The position numbers and the translations under genes are program-made. Shown here piece by piece: positions 20,611 through 29,766 of a DNA stretch of 64,000 nucleotides. The stretch is taken from IMG/VR virus record IMGVR_UViG_3300043429_000467. One strand, 5' to 3'. The notes under the pieces were generated by a model. The model worked only from the letters and a program-made list of their open reading frames with translations, made no database searches and had not been told where the DNA came from. This DNA is from a virus. The first letter of the stretch is position 1, and every line of letters starts with the position of its first letter.

Positions 20611-21534
20611 TTAAGCATCAGCTAGATTCTTGAAGTAATCTAAATCATCATTAACAGAATCATTTGTGTTGATTTCTGGAATGTTTGATGCAGATACTTG
20701 AGAAGCTTTCTCTTCAAATTGATGAGTGAAATCATCTTCTTGTTCAGCACGAGACATAGGTGTTGATGGAACATTACCAACAAATCCTAAAGTCTTATCT
20801 AAACGTGCTTTCAATTCATCATATTGCTTGAATTGGTCTTTAGCGATAATCTCATTCAATGAGAATTCTTTCTTCCACAACGCTTCAAGTTTACCGTCAT
20901 CACCATCATACAAAGCTGATTTATCAGCAAAGTCTGATTTATCGTAATTAGGATAACCTTCAACCATACGACGACGTAGTTTGAAGTCTGCGCCTTCCCA
21001 TAAATCAAATGGGTTCACAGGTGTCTCATCACCAAATTCAGGATTCATAGCTTCCGTAAGTTTCTCGAAGATTTTCTTACCGTATTTGAATAGTTTGATT
21101 TGACCTTCATTCTGCGGATTAGCAGGGTCTGAAATAATCAAAACGTTAGACACATAATGCAATCTACGTTTTTGTTTACGTGCGATGTCTTTGTTTGCAT
21201 CGATGCCTGAGTTCCACAATGTTGAATTGTGTTCACATGCGGGACACTTGCCTTCGATTGTTGTTAAGCAGTTTTCAATGTACCAACCGCCTGGTCCTTG
21301 AAAGCCGTGAGAGAATGTTCTTACCCATGGAAGAGCATCATCGCCATCTACAGCAGGTGCTGGAAGAAAACGAATTGTTGCCATACCATTACCTGATTTG
21401 TCAACACTTAGTTGCCAATATCTATCATCATCGTCACGTGACTTTGATTCTGTAGGTTGGTTTGAAGATTCAATTGCTTTGGTTAGTTTATCGAAATCAG
21501 AACGATTGCGTTTTAGACTTGAAAAATCTGACAT
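20611..21534 (-). CDS. gp32: Single-stranded DNA-binding protein, T4 gp32 homolog
   Basis: DKSGNGMATIRFLPAP....PWVRTFSHGFQGPGGWYIENCLTTIEGKCPAC matches the T4 gp32 core (DNAGNGQAVIRFLPS...HGFKKNGKWYIETCSS) including the zinc-binding Cys/His cluster. Start moved to the Met of MSDFSSLKRN (21534), which carries a GAGGT RBS. The track ORF extends in frame to 21630. Confidence 0.85.
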   Translation of the reverse strand: MSDFSSLKRNRSDFDKLTKAIESSNQPTESKSRDDDDRYWQLSVDKSGNGMATIRFLPAPAVDGDDALPWVRTFSHGFQGPGGWYIENCLTTIEGKCPACEHNSTLWNSGIDANKDIARKQKRRLHYVSNVLIISDPANPQNEGQIKLFKYGKKIFEKLTEAMNPEFGDETPVNPFDLWEGADFKLRRRMVEGYPNYDKSDFADKSALYDGDDGKLEALWKKEFSLNEIIAKDQFKQYDELKARLDKTLGFVGNVPSTPMSRAEQEDDFTHQFEEKASQVSASNIPEINTNDSVNDDLDYFKNLADA

Positions 21535-21645
21535 ATATTTACCTCGTATAAAAATAGTATTAAAAATGTATATAAAACTTATCCACAATATACATAACGA
21601 CATTCTAACCATCGGCTCCATAGAGTGCAAGCCGAAAGTTAAAAT

Positions 21646-21909
21646 TTATTTAAGTTGATTGATTAGTTCAGTTAGACGGCTTAGACCGCTTTCTGATAAA
21701 TTATAATCATGCAACTTCTCTACAGGGTCTTCAACAATCTCGATATTGTTTTGTTCCAAGATTGCTCGTAGTTCTTGACCTCGTGCAGAATTATAACTAG
21801 TTACTGCAACAAATCCTAGTTTAGGACTCGCTTCAACATTCTCGTTATAATATTTAATGTAATGGCCTAAGGCCTCATTAAACTGACTCTTAGTAATAGT
21901 TTCTTTCAT
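21646..21909 (-). CDS. Hypothetical protein (87 aa)
   Basis: Intact ORF tightly packed between gp32 and the neighbouring genes; no recognisable motif. Confidence 0.35.
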   Translation of the reverse strand: MKETITKSQFNEALGHYIKYYNENVEASPKLGFVAVTSYNSARGQELRAILEQNNIEIVEDPVEKLHDYNLSESGLSRLTELINQLK

Positions 21910-21919
21910 AATATACTCC

Positions 21920-22447
21920 TTACTTCACTGTTGTAAACGAATGACCGCCTTTTTTCATTTGAGTTCTTCCTGTCTCATGTGAAAGTGGTTTATCATACTT
22001 AACTTTACCTTGATACTCTTTTTCGCCTGATTTAGCAGACGCTTTCAGGTGATGCCAATGTCCTTCTTTTTCTTTATTAACAGATAGAACAGACTCTTGT
22101 TTATGTGTGTTACCAATCTTCTTCAATGCTTTAACCATATGTTCATGATGTTCTGGTTTATCACCGGCCGCATGAACTAGATACGAACCTTCTTTAGCAA
22201 CTTCATCTTTACCGCCATATTGATACTGACCTTTATGTGGACCAGACCAACCACCTATATGACCTGCTTTTCTTGCGGCTTCTAGATGACCTTTAATATC
22301 AGCGTGTGCTTTATCGTGAGATGCTTTATCTTGCGTGTGAGCACCTTCAGGTGATACTGCACCGATACTAACACCTTTAGATAGATGTTTATTAACTCGT
22401 TGTTGAAGTTCGTTACCTTCAGTTAAGAATTGATTGAATGTTAACAT
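21920..22447 (-). CDS. His/Lys-rich hypothetical protein (175 aa)
   Basis: Unusual His-rich composition (HHEHMVKALKK, GHWHHLK); possible metal binding. Confidence 0.35.
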   Translation of the reverse strand: MLTFNQFLTEGNELQQRVNKHLSKGVSIGAVSPEGAHTQDKASHDKAHADIKGHLEAARKAGHIGGWSGPHKGQYQYGGKDEVAKEGSYLVHAAGDKPEHHEHMVKALKKIGNTHKQESVLSVNKEKEGHWHHLKASAKSGEKEYQGKVKYDKPLSHETGRTQMKKGGHSFTTVK

Positions 22448-22487
22448 ATAAATTCCTTGATGTAAATCTTATTTTGTATTTATATGA

Positions 22488-22991
22488 TTAATTGTTTAAC
22501 AATTCTTTCAATCTAGCTATAGTTACGTTCACATCTTTGTGGTAGATACCTTCACCACCTGCTTCAATGAACTGTTTAATGTTATCTTCTGTATCATCAA
22601 TCAACACAGCACCGGCTTCAGCATACAATTTTTTCTTGCTACGACCAGACACAATGTTAGGATGATATGGAATGCCGTGCTCACACAGCCAAATAATTTT
22701 GTCTTGTTCAACAATATTGTGGTATTTCTCACCACCGCTTGAAGACAGAATCTCAATCTCTACATCAAGACCTTGTAGAAACTCAAGCAATTCTAAAGCA
22801 CCTTCATGATAATCTAAACAATTGAAATGATGTCCTTCAACGAACTCAGTCCAATGTTCTGAGAATTGTTTATGTGCTCGAACTAATGCAGGGTCAGTAC
22901 CGAAGATTTCTCGATAACGACGTTCAAAATCAGACAGTACTCCGTCCATATCTAAATAAATTTTATTAATCATATACACACTTTCTCTCAA
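22488..22991 (-). CDS. HAD-superfamily 5'(3')-deoxyribonucleotidase-like protein
   Basis: N-terminal YLDMDGVLSDF (HAD motif I, DxDGV). 167 aa, typical of NT5C-type nucleotidases found in T4-like phages. Confidence 0.6.
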   Translation of the reverse strand: MRESVYMINKIYLDMDGVLSDFERRYREIFGTDPALVRAHKQFSEHWTEFVEGHHFNCLDYHEGALELLEFLQGLDVEIEILSSSGGEKYHNIVEQDKIIWLCEHGIPYHPNIVSGRSKKKLYAEAGAVLIDDTEDNIKQFIEAGGEGIYHKDVNVTIARLKELLNN

Positions 22992-23019
22992 TTACAAATC
23001 ATTATATCAGACTTATTTC

Positions 23020-23604
23020 TTATGTCAAGCACTTTTTAAGTATAAGTCTGAACTTCGTTTCATCAAATCTTAAGAATCCTGAATAGTTTTCTATCTTACT
23101 TTGGAAGTTAGGCCAAACAATCGTATCAGATATCTTTTGTTTCCATGCAGGAACAAAGTCAATAAACTTGTTTAGTATGAAAAATGTTTGTATTGATATC
23201 TCATTCCTCATCACTTTCTTCAATAGAATAGGATGTTCACCTGATGTTTTAAACAACTCATTAGGCTTTTCTACTGAGTTAAACAATTCAGTACATTCAT
23301 TCTCGAAGATATAACTTAGACTTTGATTGACTTTTTGATAGTTAAGATAACGTTCATTAGCTTCTTCATCCATCAACTTACCAATCCAAATGTTTGGCTC
23401 ATGTAAGAAGTTAGACACCAGAAACTCAATGTAATCATCTTTATTGAATTTTCTAGATATTTTGTGAAAGTAATACTTGTCTTTACGATTATCGAACGAA
23501 TCGATTGTGACTTTCAATTTACCGCCATACTTAAAGTAATCATATGAACTGGTAAAATGAAGCTTTAAGCTTGAGTAAAGACAGAAAGCTTCATAACCGG
23601 TCAA
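23020..23604 (-). CDS. gp59: Helicase loader, T4 gp59 homolog
   Basis: RKDKYYFHKISRKF, NIWIGKL and ISIQTFFILNKF parallel T4 gp59 RRDKYFFQKLSEKY, DAWIGDI and ISFETFILLDSF. 194 aa versus 217 aa. Confidence 0.8.
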   Translation of the reverse strand: MTGYEAFCLYSSLKLHFTSSYDYFKYGGKLKVTIDSFDNRKDKYYFHKISRKFNKDDYIEFLVSNFLHEPNIWIGKLMDEEANERYLNYQKVNQSLSYIFENECTELFNSVEKPNELFKTSGEHPILLKKVMRNEISIQTFFILNKFIDFVPAWKQKISDTIVWPNFQSKIENYSGFLRFDETKFRLILKKCLT

Positions 23605-23834
23605 AATGGTAACCTCACAACTTTTTCTTTTAACATGTTATTGCGTTGAGCATCATAGTGTAGTTTACTCTTCAAAGCTGGTGAGATGAGTGATGCGGCA
23701 ACCTCAATCTCGAGTCCAGTCTTATTACAGTATTCAACGATTGCTTCGATGTGATTATAATCTGTTTGATTAACAATCGCTTCGATTTCTCTAGAGAATA
23801 CTGCCATTTCTTCTTTTGATGCTTTTATAGCCAT
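23601..23834 (-). CDS. gp33-like late transcription co-activator (tentative)
   Basis: 77 aa acidic protein between the gp59 and DsbA homologs, matching the T4 order 59-33-dsbA. Weak similarity to the gp33 central helix region. Confidence 0.4.
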   Translation of the reverse strand: MAIKASKEEMAVFSREIEAIVNQTDYNHIEAIVEYCNKTGLEIEVAASLISPALKSKLHYDAQRNNMLKEKVVRLPF

Positions 23835-23835
23835 G

Positions 23836-24108
23836 TTATTTTACCACTGATTCATAAAGAGTTTCAAATTGTTCATGTACCGCAACTTCTTCATCATAGT
23901 TTTGTTTATGATAAACTTTTGCCATCTTAGAAACTAATTTCTTAGGAATCTTTAGTTGGTCGCTAATATCAGCAGATGCTTCTTTCATAAAGCTACGTTC
24001 ACCTTCGATACGTGCCATAGAAGCAGATAATTCTTTTAATACACCTAAAAGCTTATCTCTATCAGCAGGATTAGATAAAATGTTTACTTCTAATTGTTCA
24101 ATACTCAT
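23836..24108 (-). CDS. DsbA-like double-stranded DNA-binding late transcription protein (tentative)
   Basis: 90 aa; position and size match T4 dsbA (89 aa) next to gene 33. Confidence 0.45.
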   Translation of the reverse strand: MSIEQLEVNILSNPADRDKLLGVLKELSASMARIEGERSFMKEASADISDQLKIPKKLVSKMAKVYHKQNYDEEVAVHEQFETLYESVVK

Positions 24109-24124
24109 AATTACTCCATATTAA

Positions 24125-24550
24125 TTAAATACACCAATCAGACTTCTTCTCACCGAAATAAGCACGTGCGTGTCCGTTTTGTATTAGCATTTGTGATAAT
24201 GGTTTACCATCAATCAACACATCACCTAATACACGACCACCATACTTATCCCATTCAACTAATTTTACTTGAATAGTTTTAGCTTTCGCAACTGATTCTT
24301 TAGTAAAAGCAGAAGCCTTTTGGGCCATTACATCTTCTTTATCACACTTGTTTCTAGGTTTCTTCTCAGGCGTATCTACGCCTAATACTCGAACAGATAA
24401 AACAGGTTTTAAAGGTGCTGGCAAGAAAGGTACTTGAAACTTGATAGTATCTCCATCAAGTACTTTCTCGACTTTCCAAGTATATACATTATCTTGCGCT
24501 TGTGCAAGTGTTGATAGTAATAATAAACTTAATAGTACTAGTTTTTTCAT
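24125..24550 (-). CDS. Secreted thermonuclease (SNase-like) with signal peptide
   Basis: Signal peptide MKKLVLLSLLLLSTLAQA, then DGDTIKF...RVLGVDTPE, characteristic of staphylococcal-nuclease-fold proteins. Confidence 0.65.
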   Translation of the reverse strand: MKKLVLLSLLLLSTLAQAQDNVYTWKVEKVLDGDTIKFQVPFLPAPLKPVLSVRVLGVDTPEKKPRNKCDKEDVMAQKASAFTKESVAKAKTIQVKLVEWDKYGGRVLGDVLIDGKPLSQMLIQNGHARAYFGEKKSDWCI

Positions 24551-25035
24551 GCGTTATAATCTTTCTTTTTAGGTTTGTAGAAAACATGATTACCAATTCT
24601 CATAGTTTTCTTTAAGTTAGTCCAACCAGGTTGAACTGTAGAAGCATGAAAGTATAATGCACCTTTAGTGACATCAGGCATATCTTCATGCTCTAGATAT
24701 ATATGCGTTGCTATTTGTAATGCATTCTTATATGTATCAGTCTGTTTAAATTTACTAATACGCTTCGCAGGATTACACACCCACGAAAACTGACAGAATC
24801 CTTTTACTTTTTGTTTGACAACACCACATACAGAATCAGGAAACATACCTGACTTAGTTCGATTCATCGTGACCATGCCTACAGCCAATTGTCCTTTGAC
24901 AGGTTCAGCACCAGATTCAAAGAATATGTTTTCTGCTAGACAAGATATTTGTTTTTGTTCGTATGAACTTAAATCATCAAAAGCAAAAGCATTAGATGAT
25001 AATAGTAAAAATAGAGATAAAATTAATGACCTCAT
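24547..25035 (-). CDS. SleB/CwlJ-like cell wall hydrolase (Hydrolase_2 domain) with signal peptide
   Basis: Signal peptide MRSLILSLFLLLSSNAFA. Motif GQLAVGMVTMNRTKSGMFPDSVCGVVKQ...QFSW typical of the SleB family. Preceded by a TATAAATA late promoter (complement of 25331-25338); candidate secreted endolysin. Confidence 0.6.
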   Translation of the reverse strand: MRSLILSLFLLLSSNAFAFDDLSSYEQKQISCLAENIFFESGAEPVKGQLAVGMVTMNRTKSGMFPDSVCGVVKQKVKGFCQFSWVCNPAKRISKFKQTDTYKNALQIATHIYLEHEDMPDVTKGALYFHASTVQPGWTNLKKTMRIGNHVFYKPKKKDYNA

Positions 25036-25330
25036 AGGTTTTTCCTTTCTTTGGGTTGAGACGATATGCAGTCTCTGACTTACAGTTAGTTGGAACTTAT
25101 TTTGGTATAACTGAAATTGATTGAATGAATAGAATCAATAGACTCTCATAATTATGGCGTACTCATAATACGCACTGTGTAATATTAACATAGATGTATT
25201 TATATGTCAAATGAGGTTTTACTGGTTATCCTCTTCCAGCTTAACGGTCCAAGGCTAAGACAAGTACTTATCGACATGTCATCACTGAATCTACAAACCA
25301 GGTGAGAGAGGTTGATAAGTCGGTGTATGG

Positions 25331-25338
25331 TATTTATA
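25331..25338 (-). promoter_or_regulatory. T4-type late promoter TATAAATA (minus strand)
   Basis: Complement reads TATAAATA immediately downstream (in the minus direction) of the terminator at 25343-25367; ~300 nt upstream of the SleB-like gene. Confidence 0.4.
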
Positions 25339-25342
25339 CAAC

Positions 25343-25367
25343 AAAAAAGCCAGTCTTTTGGACTGGC
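25343..25367 (-). terminator. Rho-independent terminator (minus strand)
   Basis: aaaaaa-GCCAGTC-ttttg-GACTGGC; on the minus strand the hairpin is followed by a U-run. Confidence 0.65.
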
Positions 25368-25780
25368 TTCGATACTACAAACTTCTAATTACTTGTTCAT
25401 TACGTACATAGTAACTTCGAAGCCGAAACGCATTTCAGTTGCAGATGGTTTTGTCCACATGGTAATATCCTTTTTAAAAAGTTAGTAAACAGTACCTAAT
25501 TACCTATTAAGTACTGTATATAATTATATATTAAACTTATCAAAATTTGACATAGAGAAAATCATTAAACAAAGGTACTGATTAAACGCAATCTGATTGA
25601 GACTCTAAAAGCTTATATAATGCTTCTTTAGCTGTCATTGTCTCACCACTGGCGAGAGTTTTATCTTCTACGTGTAAAACTTCTTCACTTAAGTTTTGTG
25701 ATTGTTCTTGCATAATAGTACCTTATTTTGTTAGGTGTTAATCAGTTGAATTTTGTTCGTCTGATTGTTCTATATTTATG

Positions 25781-26053
25781 TTATTTGTCAGCTAAAGCTT
25801 TTCGGTATATTTCATTTTGAGTTTTTGTTGAAGACAGTTCTTTTTCTAACTGATTAATTTTATGAGACATCTCATTATATTGAGTAAGACCCTTAACATT
25901 CAGCAAATCTAGAAATATTTCTGCGCTTTCATCCATATTACCTTCATGAGTCAAAACACCTTTGTCCCATTTTAGTTTTGCAACAATACCATCTTCATTA
26001 GCAAAAGTCATCTCATATGCAGGCAGAATACTGTGTAATTTAAAACCACTCAT
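25781..26053 (-). CDS. Hypothetical protein (90 aa)
   Basis: Intact ORF in the early region; coiled-coil-like C-terminus. Confidence 0.3.
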   Translation of the reverse strand: MSGFKLHSILPAYEMTFANEDGIVAKLKWDKGVLTHEGNMDESAEIFLDLLNVKGLTQYNEMSHKINQLEKELSSTKTQNEIYRKALADK

Positions 26054-26318
26054 CTTTAAAACTTTCTTTATTGTTTATTATTTCATTTTTACATTTTATG
26101 ATATAAATCGCCTGTTTGATTTTATCGATGTCTTCTCTTTGTTCATATGTTCCTATGTAAAATCCATTCACTCGAGACATACCCATTAATGTATAAACAT
26201 CACGCACGAATTTAAAATTCATGATAGTAAGATGAGGAAACTCTTTAAGTTTCTTAGTAACAAAGTCTTGGTACTCTCGAAAAGTACCAGACACAACAAA
26301 ATACATCTTATCTTCCAT
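26040..26318 (-). CDS. Hypothetical protein (92 aa)
   Basis: Intact ORF, overlapping stop/start with neighbours, as in phage early operons. Confidence 0.3.
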   Translation of the reverse strand: MEDKMYFVVSGTFREYQDFVTKKLKEFPHLTIMNFKFVRDVYTLMGMSRVNGFYIGTYEQREDIDKIKQAIYIIKCKNEIINNKESFKDEWF

Positions 26319-26622
26319 AAACTTTATTTAAATTTGTAATTTCTTCATTCAATAACAAAACAGAATGCTCACCACGTTGTTCAGAAACTCGCCATGCTTT
26401 ACCACATTCAGTACATTGATATGTTGAAGTTGTAATGTTACCGTCAGGATTTAAATTGTTTCCATCTTTATCATAGACAGGCGCAAAATACATTGCTGTC
26501 GTTGAAGAAGGACCAGTTTGTCTAAACTTACAATCTCTATCACATCCTTGTGACAATTCTTTGAATATGTTTTTTGGTTGAGGATTGATTATCATTTTAT
26601 TTTTTCCCGAAAGAAGCACCAA
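26308..26622 (-). CDS. Hypothetical zinc-ribbon protein (104 aa)
   Basis: CDRDC and YQCTECGKAW Cys pairs. Confidence 0.3.
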   Translation of the reverse strand: MVLLSGKNKMIINPQPKNIFKELSQGCDRDCKFRQTGPSSTTAMYFAPVYDKDGNNLNPDGNITTSTYQCTECGKAWRVSEQRGEHSVLLLNEEITNLNKVYGR

Positions 26623-26732
26623 ACACCAGTGTCAATACAAACCACCAAGGTGACCAGTCAAATACTTGTACAAGATAGGCTGTTCCAGCAACTAGAATAA
26701 GATTATACACACACGCTGTAATAAAAGTCATA

Positions 26733-27449
26733 CTAATCTCCATTCCAATTTTTATACCAGCGATTAAATGCACTAATCATTGATTCATCTTTTCGCCATT
26801 CACAAGACCAACCCATGCGACCGCCTTTCCATGAACCTGCACGTTCACCTAATTCAATATCAGAATTACAGTCAACAGTACGTTGAATCTTTCTAAACAA
26901 AGGAAGCCAAGTAAACCACTTCATTCTCCATTCACGTTCTTCACCAGCTAATCTAATCTTAGCAACTTGTTTCTTACCTGTTTTAGTATAGTGAATGACA
27001 TCAACAAACTTAGCACATTCTACTTGAGTTCCTGATACTCTAGTTTTCTTCTTAGTTTTCTCAAATACATCAAACCATGTAATATATCTATTCTTTTGTC
27101 CTAGTCTATATTTTGGATAGTTGTTTCTATGATATAAACTACCGTTAGGTAAAAGCAAGTCATGTCTAACAATTGTATATTGCCAAGGCATGTCAAAAGT
27201 AATCCATCTATCACCTTTACCTAAGTAAATCCAAAACATATCACTATGAAATGAAAAGCCATACCTTGGAGAAGACTCTCCAAATTGTCGATAAATCTTA
27301 ACTTTGATGAATTTAATAGGAATATTTACGTACAATCTATACAGCGCAAATGTTAGTTTTAAGTATTTGTCATCAAATTGTTCAGTAGGCCAATCTAAAG
27401 TGATTGAAAAGAATTTAAAATCGGACCAGGCAGTATATATTTTATTCAT
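26733..27449 (-). CDS. Hypothetical protein (238 aa, Trp-rich)
   Basis: Intact ORF; no recognisable motif. Confidence 0.35.
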   Translation of the reverse strand: MNKIYTAWSDFKFFSITLDWPTEQFDDKYLKLTFALYRLYVNIPIKFIKVKIYRQFGESSPRYGFSFHSDMFWIYLGKGDRWITFDMPWQYTIVRHDLLLPNGSLYHRNNYPKYRLGQKNRYITWFDVFEKTKKKTRVSGTQVECAKFVDVIHYTKTGKKQVAKIRLAGEEREWRMKWFTWLPLFRKIQRTVDCNSDIELGERAGSWKGGRMGWSCEWRKDESMISAFNRWYKNWNGD

Positions 27450-27627
27450 TGAAAGATTCAGTTCCTATTGATTGATACACTTCATGAAGTAACATGAAAG
27501 CTTGTGCCACTAAGTCATTATATTTCTTATTCTCAAGAATATATGGATGACCTAATAAATAATTATCGATACTATCCATGATTACATGAGTTCTGTCAAG
27601 TGCTTCGTGTCTATGAAATTTATCCAT
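27442..27627 (-). CDS. Small hypothetical protein (61 aa)
   Basis: Overlapping start/stop with neighbours. Confidence 0.25.
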   Translation of the reverse strand: MDKFHRHEALDRTHVIMDSIDNYLLGHPYILENKKYNDLVAQAFMLLHEVYQSIGTESFNE

Positions 27628-27862
27628 TTAATAATGCCCTATTCAATCTAGTATTATGTTTTTCTTCTACGGCTATCTTTGCTGAAGATAGTTTTATATA
27701 CTCACCAATAAGTAAATCTTTTTGTTCTTCATCTTTTACATAAGCAGAACAAATAGAACTACTGAATGATTCATATACTCTACCAACAATCTTTTCAGAA
27801 TCAGCATCATAGCAATAATGCATCTGACCACTATTTTTAGTTACCCATTTAAGACTCATCAA
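27620..27862 (-). CDS. Small hypothetical protein (80 aa)
   Basis: Intact ORF in an operon-like series. Confidence 0.25.
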   Translation of the reverse strand: MMSLKWVTKNSGQMHYCYDADSEKIVGRVYESFSSSICSAYVKDEEQKDLLIGEYIKLSSAKIAVEEKHNTRLNRALLNG

Positions 27863-28074
27863 ATACTCCCATACTGTGCTAAGATTTTATTATCATAATA
27901 TGCTCGAACACAAACAATAGTTTTCAGTACACCTAGTTGACGTAACTTTTGTAAAGGCATATACAATTCATGCATTAAATCAGAATAGTTTTCTTCGGTT
28001 GTACTTGTGAATACTTCAAGATAACCTTTAGTTGCAGATTCATAACCTATACTAACATCATTATAGTTAATCAT
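27859..28074 (-). CDS. Small hypothetical protein (71 aa)
   Basis: Intact ORF in an operon-like series. Confidence 0.25.
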   Translation of the reverse strand: MINYNDVSIGYESATKGYLEVFTSTTEENYSDLMHELYMPLQKLRQLGVLKTIVCVRAYYDNKILAQYGSI

Positions 28075-28490
28075 TTAGTGGCCTCAGATAGTTCTTTATA
28101 TCCAGCCCAACTAGGATGAATCTTGTCTGCTTGCAATCGTTTAGTTGCAACAACAACATCATTATGCTTTTCAGCAATCTCAGCAACGATTTGTTGAAGG
28201 TCTTCTAACTCAACTCCGCTCTTAGGACTATTACCCATAGGAAGAATCCAGTAAACACGTTCAGCTTTGACTCGTGCTCTCATAGTTTCCAATTCTTTAC
28301 GTGTTTTCACATACTGATGGTCGTTAGTACCTAAACTGATAATAACACTCTTAGCTTTCAAGTCAGCATCTTTGTACTTCTTATTCCATTGCCAACTATT
28401 CAAACCACCTGTAGCATATTGAGAACATTCTGTACGTACCATATGAGTACCTACAGCGATACTATCACCTAATATTAAACAATCAATCAT
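28071..28490 (-). CDS. SGNH/GDSL-family hydrolase (139 aa)
   Basis: Block I ILGDSIAVG (GDS-x), block III SLGTNDH, block V DKIHPS (DxxH). Confidence 0.55.
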   Translation of the reverse strand: MIDCLILGDSIAVGTHMVRTECSQYATGGLNSWQWNKKYKDADLKAKSVIISLGTNDHQYVKTRKELETMRARVKAERVYWILPMGNSPKSGVELEDLQQIVAEIAEKHNDVVVATKRLQADKIHPSWAGYKELSEATK

Positions 28491-28493
28491 ACA

Positions 28494-28706
28494 TCAAACT
28501 CCAAACAAAACATCACCAGCATCTGGTGGAAATGTAGAACCCCATGACGCAATAAAATTAACATCATTCATTTCATCAAGACCTTCTACTGCCGCAATAT
28601 AGTATTTGATACCTTCATAGTCTGTTTCAACTCGAACAATACCTACATTAGTTCTTCCACAAAACCATTTATAATCAAGTACTCTCTTCATAATAAAAAA
28701 CCTCAT
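28494..28706 (-). CDS. Small hypothetical protein (70 aa)
   Basis: Intact ORF. Confidence 0.25.
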   Translation of the reverse strand: MRFFIMKRVLDYKWFCGRTNVGIVRVETDYEGIKYYIAAVEGLDEMNDVNFIASWGSTFPPDAGDVLFGV

Positions 28707-28720
28707 CTATTAAGATGAGG
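28695..28720 (-). terminator. Rho-independent terminator (minus strand)
   Basis: aaaaaa-CCTCATC-tattaa-GATGAGG immediately after the stop of gene 28752-29021. Confidence 0.6.
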
Positions 28721-28751
28721 TCAGTCTATATCAAAACACAATTCTTGTCAA

Positions 28752-29021
28752 CTAGTACCACTTGGCTTCGTCTACACCTTGTTCAACATCTTTAATCATA
28801 ACAAACTGAGCAAGCATCAAGAAAGCCCACCAAAACGTAATCTGCATCAATCCGTGTACGATTCCTTCACTTAAAGTCACTTGAAATGTCTCAAGTAAAC
28901 CTATCGTCCAAAAAGTAACACGATACCAATTACGTTCATTTAACCACTCTTTTACAGTATACCACATTTTAAATCTCCAGTATTTTATCAACAATAAAAC
29001 CATCTTTATTCTCATCACCAT
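28752..29021 (-). CDS. Small membrane protein (89 aa, 2-3 TM segments)
   Basis: Hydrophobic segments. Followed by a hairpin terminator at 28695-28720. Confidence 0.3.
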   Translation of the reverse strand: MVMRIKMVLLLIKYWRFKMWYTVKEWLNERNWYRVTFWTIGLLETFQVTLSEGIVHGLMQITFWWAFLMLAQFVMIKDVEQGVDEAKWY

Positions 29022-29766
29022 AGCCGTATGGATTCGAGACTAATCTTGTACCATCAATCATAAAATCAAAAGATGTGTGAGTATGTCCAAATAACCACAT
29101 ATCTATACCAGGCATATAATGTTCCATATCTTGAATAAAGTATGGATTCAATGCAGACTTTTCAAATTGAGGTGCTAGTGCCTTATATGTAGGCACGAAA
29201 TGACTAACAACAACTCGCTTTTTATGGTCATTCTTTTTCCAATAACCTAACTCTTTACAGAATTTTTGATGTGCTTCACGATGGTCTTCAGTATTCCATC
29301 TAGGATTAAAATTTAAATATTGTTCTTCAGATACTAGATTCTCTAATCTAATTTCTTTATGTATAACTGAAAAATCAGGTATGTATCTAACACACAAACT
29401 ATCAATATCAGCACCTTCAAGATTTGTGTACATGATACCACCGAAGAATGAGACATCATCAATCGTTACACTACTATCATTTAAATAATAGAAGTTGGCA
29501 TGAGTCTCATCAATACTCTTTAGATTCTCATGTACTGCTTGAAAAGAAGCACCGTATGCTTCATGGTTACCAGCAACCATAACCACTTTAGCATCACTTG
29601 CAAGAATTCTATGAATAAGAGAAAGATGTCTGCCTTGCGTGTGTATATCACCAGCAAGAACAACAACATCTTCACCTAGATTTTCATATTCAAAAGGATT
29701 AGCACATATCGGTGCCTTGTTGTAAGGCATCTCAAGGTGCATATCTGATAGTAATCTAATTTTCAT
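28969..29766 (-). CDS. Calcineurin-like metallophosphoesterase
   Basis: Motifs LSDMH, LAGDIHTQG (GDxHG-like) and GNHE. Start overlaps the stop of the upstream ligase gene (operon). Confidence 0.7.
   Translation of the reverse strand: MKIRLLSDMHLEMPYNKAPICANPFEYENLGEDVVVLAGDIHTQGRHLSLIHRILASDAKVVMVAGNHEAYGASFQAVHENLKSIDETHANFYYLNDSSVTIDDVSFFGGIMYTNLEGADIDSLCVRYIPDFSVIHKEIRLENLVSEEQYLNFNPRWNTEDHREAHQKFCKELGYWKKNDHKKRVVVSHFVPTYKALAPQFEKSALNPYFIQDMEHYMPGIDMWLFGHTHTSFDFMIDGTRLVSNPYGYGDENKDGFIVDKILEI

Noticed and set aside
21535-21630. In-frame 32-codon N-terminal extension of the gp32 ORF (track start at 21630: MHSMEPMVRMSLCILWISFIYIFNTIFIRGKY)
   Set aside because: The extension is hydrophobic, low-complexity and lacks an RBS. 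The internal Met (21534) begins the conserved gp32 N-terminus and has a GAGGT Shine-Dalgarno 5 nt upstream.
25555-25583. Plus-strand TTGACA at 25555-25560 as a possible rightward promoter
   Set aside because: No acceptable -10 hexamer at 16-18 nt spacing and no plus-strand gene downstream.
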